From a virus, in the IMG/VR virus record IMGVR_UViG_3300027432_000002: a stretch of 64,000 nt of DNA. One strand, given 5' to 3'. Every line of letters begins with the position of its first letter. Within the stretch, counting starts at the first letter, position 1. Under the pieces are notes generated by a model. The model made no database searches. It saw only the letters and a program-made list of their open reading frames with translations, and was not told the DNA's origin. Shown here one piece after another: positions 61,668 to 64,000 of the stretch. Position numbers and translations under genes: made by a program.

Positions 61668-62036
61668 ATGACCGCTCGAGTCGCCACGCGGAACCTCTAC
61701 GTATCGCTCGTCACGCTTCTGACGGCACTCGTCATGCTTTGTGTGCAAGTTGTACGCCTGGTTACCAAGCTCGCTCTCGCTGGGATAGACGCCCTGCAAC
61801 GGCTGGAACGCCGGCAGGCAAAACTGGTGCAGCAAGGTACACCAGCGGTGCAAGCGCCAGCCGCGCCAGTAGCACCAGAAACGCCGGACGCTGCTGCGAG
61901 ACTGACCTCCGCGCTCATGGGTTTGGGATTCCAGAAGCCTGCGGTACGACAGTACGTGTCGTCGGTAGAGACCCGTATCGGGAAGGAACCGATCGAGACG
62001 CTCATCAAGGACGGCCTTCGGACACTGGCGTCGTGA
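61668..62036 (+). CDS. hydrophobic N-terminus plus RuvA C-terminal-domain-like protein
   Basis: LTSALMGLGF...V...V.......IETLIKDGLRTL. Confidence 0.6.
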   Translation: MTARVATRNLYVSLVTLLTALVMLCVQVVRLVTKLALAGIDALQRLERRQAKLVQQGTPAVQAPAAPVAPETPDAAARLTSALMGLGFQKPAVRQYVSSVETRIGKEPIETLIKDGLRTLAS

Positions 62037-62074
62037 GGGCATCGTGAGCAACGTGAAGCTATACCTCACCGCAC

Positions 62075-62640
62075 ATGAAACCTCAGGAGAAAACCGTGAG
62101 CAATCTACACGATCGCATCAAGGCAGCGCTAGAAAATGACGCACCGAACAGCCCGAACATATGGATAAAACACGAACGACTGGCAAACACCGCCCGCGAA
62201 CTCTTCCCGCTCGTGCTCGCAGCGCTTACCGAACGGGATGACGCAGTAGCCTCACTCGAGAACGCTCGCGCGGTGAACCGAAGTCATACCGCCGAAATCG
62301 ATCGACTCATCAAAGAGCGTGATCGATACCGAAACGCGGTAATGAGACTCAATAATGAACTGGAAGGAGGGTGGACCCCGTCATGAGCGCCAAGACCGAC
62401 AAAGCCGAAATCGTCCAGCGTATCAACGACGCGGTGAAGTCCGCCGGACTGCCGGAGCTTCCGTTTGACCTACTCCACAAGGCGGACGCCATCACGCTCA
62501 ACCTGTTCTATGACAGGTGGCTCACGGTGGCGCTGGTATACGTACAAGTATACGTACAAGGAAGGACTAGAGAGATAGAAAGACAGCTACACTGTATATC
62601 GAAACAGTCGGAGACGACCTACGTACGTCCTCCCACCTAA
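62075..62640 (+). other. two hypothetical genes (62075-62386, paralog of 44039-44308; 62383-62640)
   Basis: RIKAAL..DAPN.PNIW.KHERLA..AREL.PLVL shared with 44039-44308. Confidence 0.6.
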
Positions 62641-62715
62641 TTCACGAACTATTTGTTCGAAAGACCTTTACCTTCGCCACGCTCGGCCGTACAAGAAGAG
62701 AGAAGGACGGCGAAC

Positions 62716-64000
62716 ATGATTCGAATCACTTCCGAAGGCCAGCACATCATCCTCAAGCCTACCACCTTCTTGGGCGGCGACAAATTCCAGTCCTACCGGA
62801 CGGCGACCGCGGGAGCACGATTCGACCCGGCGCGCAAAGCTCAGGTCACGGTCCTCACCAAGTTGCCTGCTATCTTGAAACGTCTCTCAGCCGCGGGCTT
62901 TCAGCTCGACATCTCGCCGGACGTTCGCGCCTCCGTGGGCGCGCTCACTGCCCAAGTAAGTCTCGACGTAAAGGATACGCGCGCGCGAGCGGACGCGAAG
63001 GACGTGGAGCTTGCGGCACGCGGGCGCGCGCTCTACCCATTCCAGAAGACGGGCATGGCGTGGCTCTCGTCCCGACATGGAGCTTTGCTCGCCGATCAAC
63101 AGGGGCTTGGGAAAACAATTCAAACGCTCATGGCTTTACCGGACCTCGCACCCGTTTTGGTCGTCTGCCCCGCAGTCGCCAAGGGCGTTTGGAAGCGCGA
63201 AGCCTCTGCTTGGAGGCCGGAGTACAAAGTGACAGTTCTCTCGGGTCGAGGTTCCCTCCGATGGCCCCTTGCAGGGGAGCTGGTTATTGTCAACTACGAT
63301 ATTTTGCAGGTAAGAGACGAAACCGACGAGACGGAATTTTTTGCAGCGTGCCCCAAAGGACTCGTTCTCGTAGGAGACGAAGTTCACGCCACGAAGAACG
63401 CCAAGGCGGCACGCACCGTCGCTTGGAGGCGCCTCGCGGTCGCTACGCAGAAGGCTCAGGGACGCGTCTGGGGCTTGACCGGTACGCCGCTACTCAATCG
63501 CGGCCAAGAGCTTTGGGCGGTCCTCCAGTCGCTTGGTCTCGTCTCGGAAGCCTTCCGCAATTGGGATCACTTCGTCTCGCTCATGGGGGGCTATAAGGGA
63601 AGGTACGGCTACGTCTGGACGAGGACGCCGCCGGACCCGGGGGCAGTGGGCGCGGCGATCAAACCCGTCATGCTGCGACGTCTGCGGACCGAAGTGTTGC
63701 CGGACCTTCCCACGAAGACCTACAACACGGTCACGGTGGACCTCTCGAAGAAGACCACGAAGATCTGCGACGAAGCCTGGGGACTCGTTCAGCATGCTCG
63801 GGCGGATCGATCGGGTCCGGACGAGGGACTTTCGATCGGTCAAGTGTCCGAGGCGCGCGCGGCGCTGGCGCTTGCGAAGATCGATACACTGCTCTCGCTC
63901 GTCGAAGAATTCGAAGAGGCGGAAGAACCGATCGTGGTGTTCAGCGCGCACCGCGCTCCCATCGATGAGCTGGCCACGCGCGAAGGCTGGAAGGCCATCA
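62716..64000 (+). CDS. SNF2/SWI2-family helicase, truncated by the window end
   Basis: Hand translation: LYPFQKTG, LLADQQGLGKTIQ, VGDEVH, GLTGTPLLN, MLRRLRTEVLPDLPTK. Confidence 0.92.
   Translation, partial: MIRITSEGQHIILKPTTFLGGDKFQSYRTATAGARFDPARKAQVTVLTKLPAILKRLSAAGFQLDISPDVRASVGALTAQVSLDVKDTRARADAKDVELAARGRALYPFQKTGMAWLSSRHGALLADQQGLGKTIQTLMALPDLAPVLVVCPAVAKGVWKREASAWRPEYKVTVLSGRGSLRWPLAGELVIVNYDILQVRDETDETEFFAACPKGLVLVGDEVHATKNAKAARTVAWRRLAVATQKAQGRVWGLTGTPLLNRGQELWAVLQSLGLVSEAFRNWDHFVSLMGGYKGRYGYVWTRTPPDPGAVGAAIKPVMLRRLRTEVLPDLPTKTYNTVTVDLSKKTTKICDEAWGLVQHARADRSGPDEGLSIGQVSEARAALALAKIDTLLSLVEEFEEAEEPIVVFSAHRAPIDELATREGWKAI

Larger units (their letters stand above)
16756..62650. repeat. 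dispersed 12-bp palindrome ARTTCRYGAAYT, at least 23 copies
   Basis: Starts at 16756, 19230, 26102, 26983, 27191, 28129, 31372, 32921, 35282, 36119, 37419, 41191, 43161, 47662, 50201, 50412, 53251, 58570, 58810, 60458, 60744, 61061, 62639. Confidence 0.9.
60458..62695 (+). promoter_or_regulatory. four related promoters, each preceded by the ARTTCRYGAAYT palindrome
   Basis: TTCACT-17-TACCAT (60483-60511), TTTACT-18-TACAAT (60770-60799), TTTACT-17-TACAAG (61089-61117), TTTACC-17-TACAAG (62667-62695). Confidence 0.7.

Noticed and set aside
16756..62650. The palindrome as a CRISPR repeat, integron attC site or canonical LexA box
   Set aside because: It is only 12 bp and irregularly spaced; no cas or integrase gene is in the window; the arrangement TTC-N2-GAA differs from the GAAC-N4-GTTC and CTGT-N8-ACAG boxes.
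1..64000. tRNA/rRNA genes, integrase/att sites, terminal repeats
   Set aside because: None recognised by eye; both window ends fall inside ORFs, so genome termini cannot be assessed. tRNAscan-SE was not run.

Overview
This window looks like a large segment of a bacterial virus genome; no host housekeeping genes are visible, and both ends cut through ORFs. A leftward (minus-strand) arm from about 270 to 50760 carries the structural and lysis genes (about 270-42600) and then small early-type genes plus a RadA-like ATPase (42700-50760). A rightward arm from 50733 to the end carries an SSB-like protein, a MazG-like protein, an HTH protein, a DNA methyltransferase, a family-B DNA polymerase with protein-primed-type motifs and an SNF2 helicase. 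I see no terminase, portal, HK97 capsid, tail tube/sheath, tape measure or integrase. Instead there are many small membrane proteins, a beta-rich candidate jelly-roll capsid protein beside a transglutaminase-fold enzyme, collagen-like fibres sharing one anchor domain, and glycosyl/methyltransferases. This suggests, by inference, an unusually large tailless membrane-containing virus. Most notable observations: (1) at least 14 small, otherwise unrelated proteins share an N-terminal M[PA]H[KR][KR]-type basic tag, a candidate virion-loading/injection signal; (2) recurring short Gly-ended motifs segment the structural proteins like polyproteins; (3) a 12-bp palindrome ARTTCRYGAAYT occurs at least 23 times; (4) a promoter-to-terminator small RNA is complementary to the 5'UTR of the candidate capsid gene; (5) an intein sits at the catalytic Cys of a peptidase. 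All functional calls come from motif reading only; no database searches were run.
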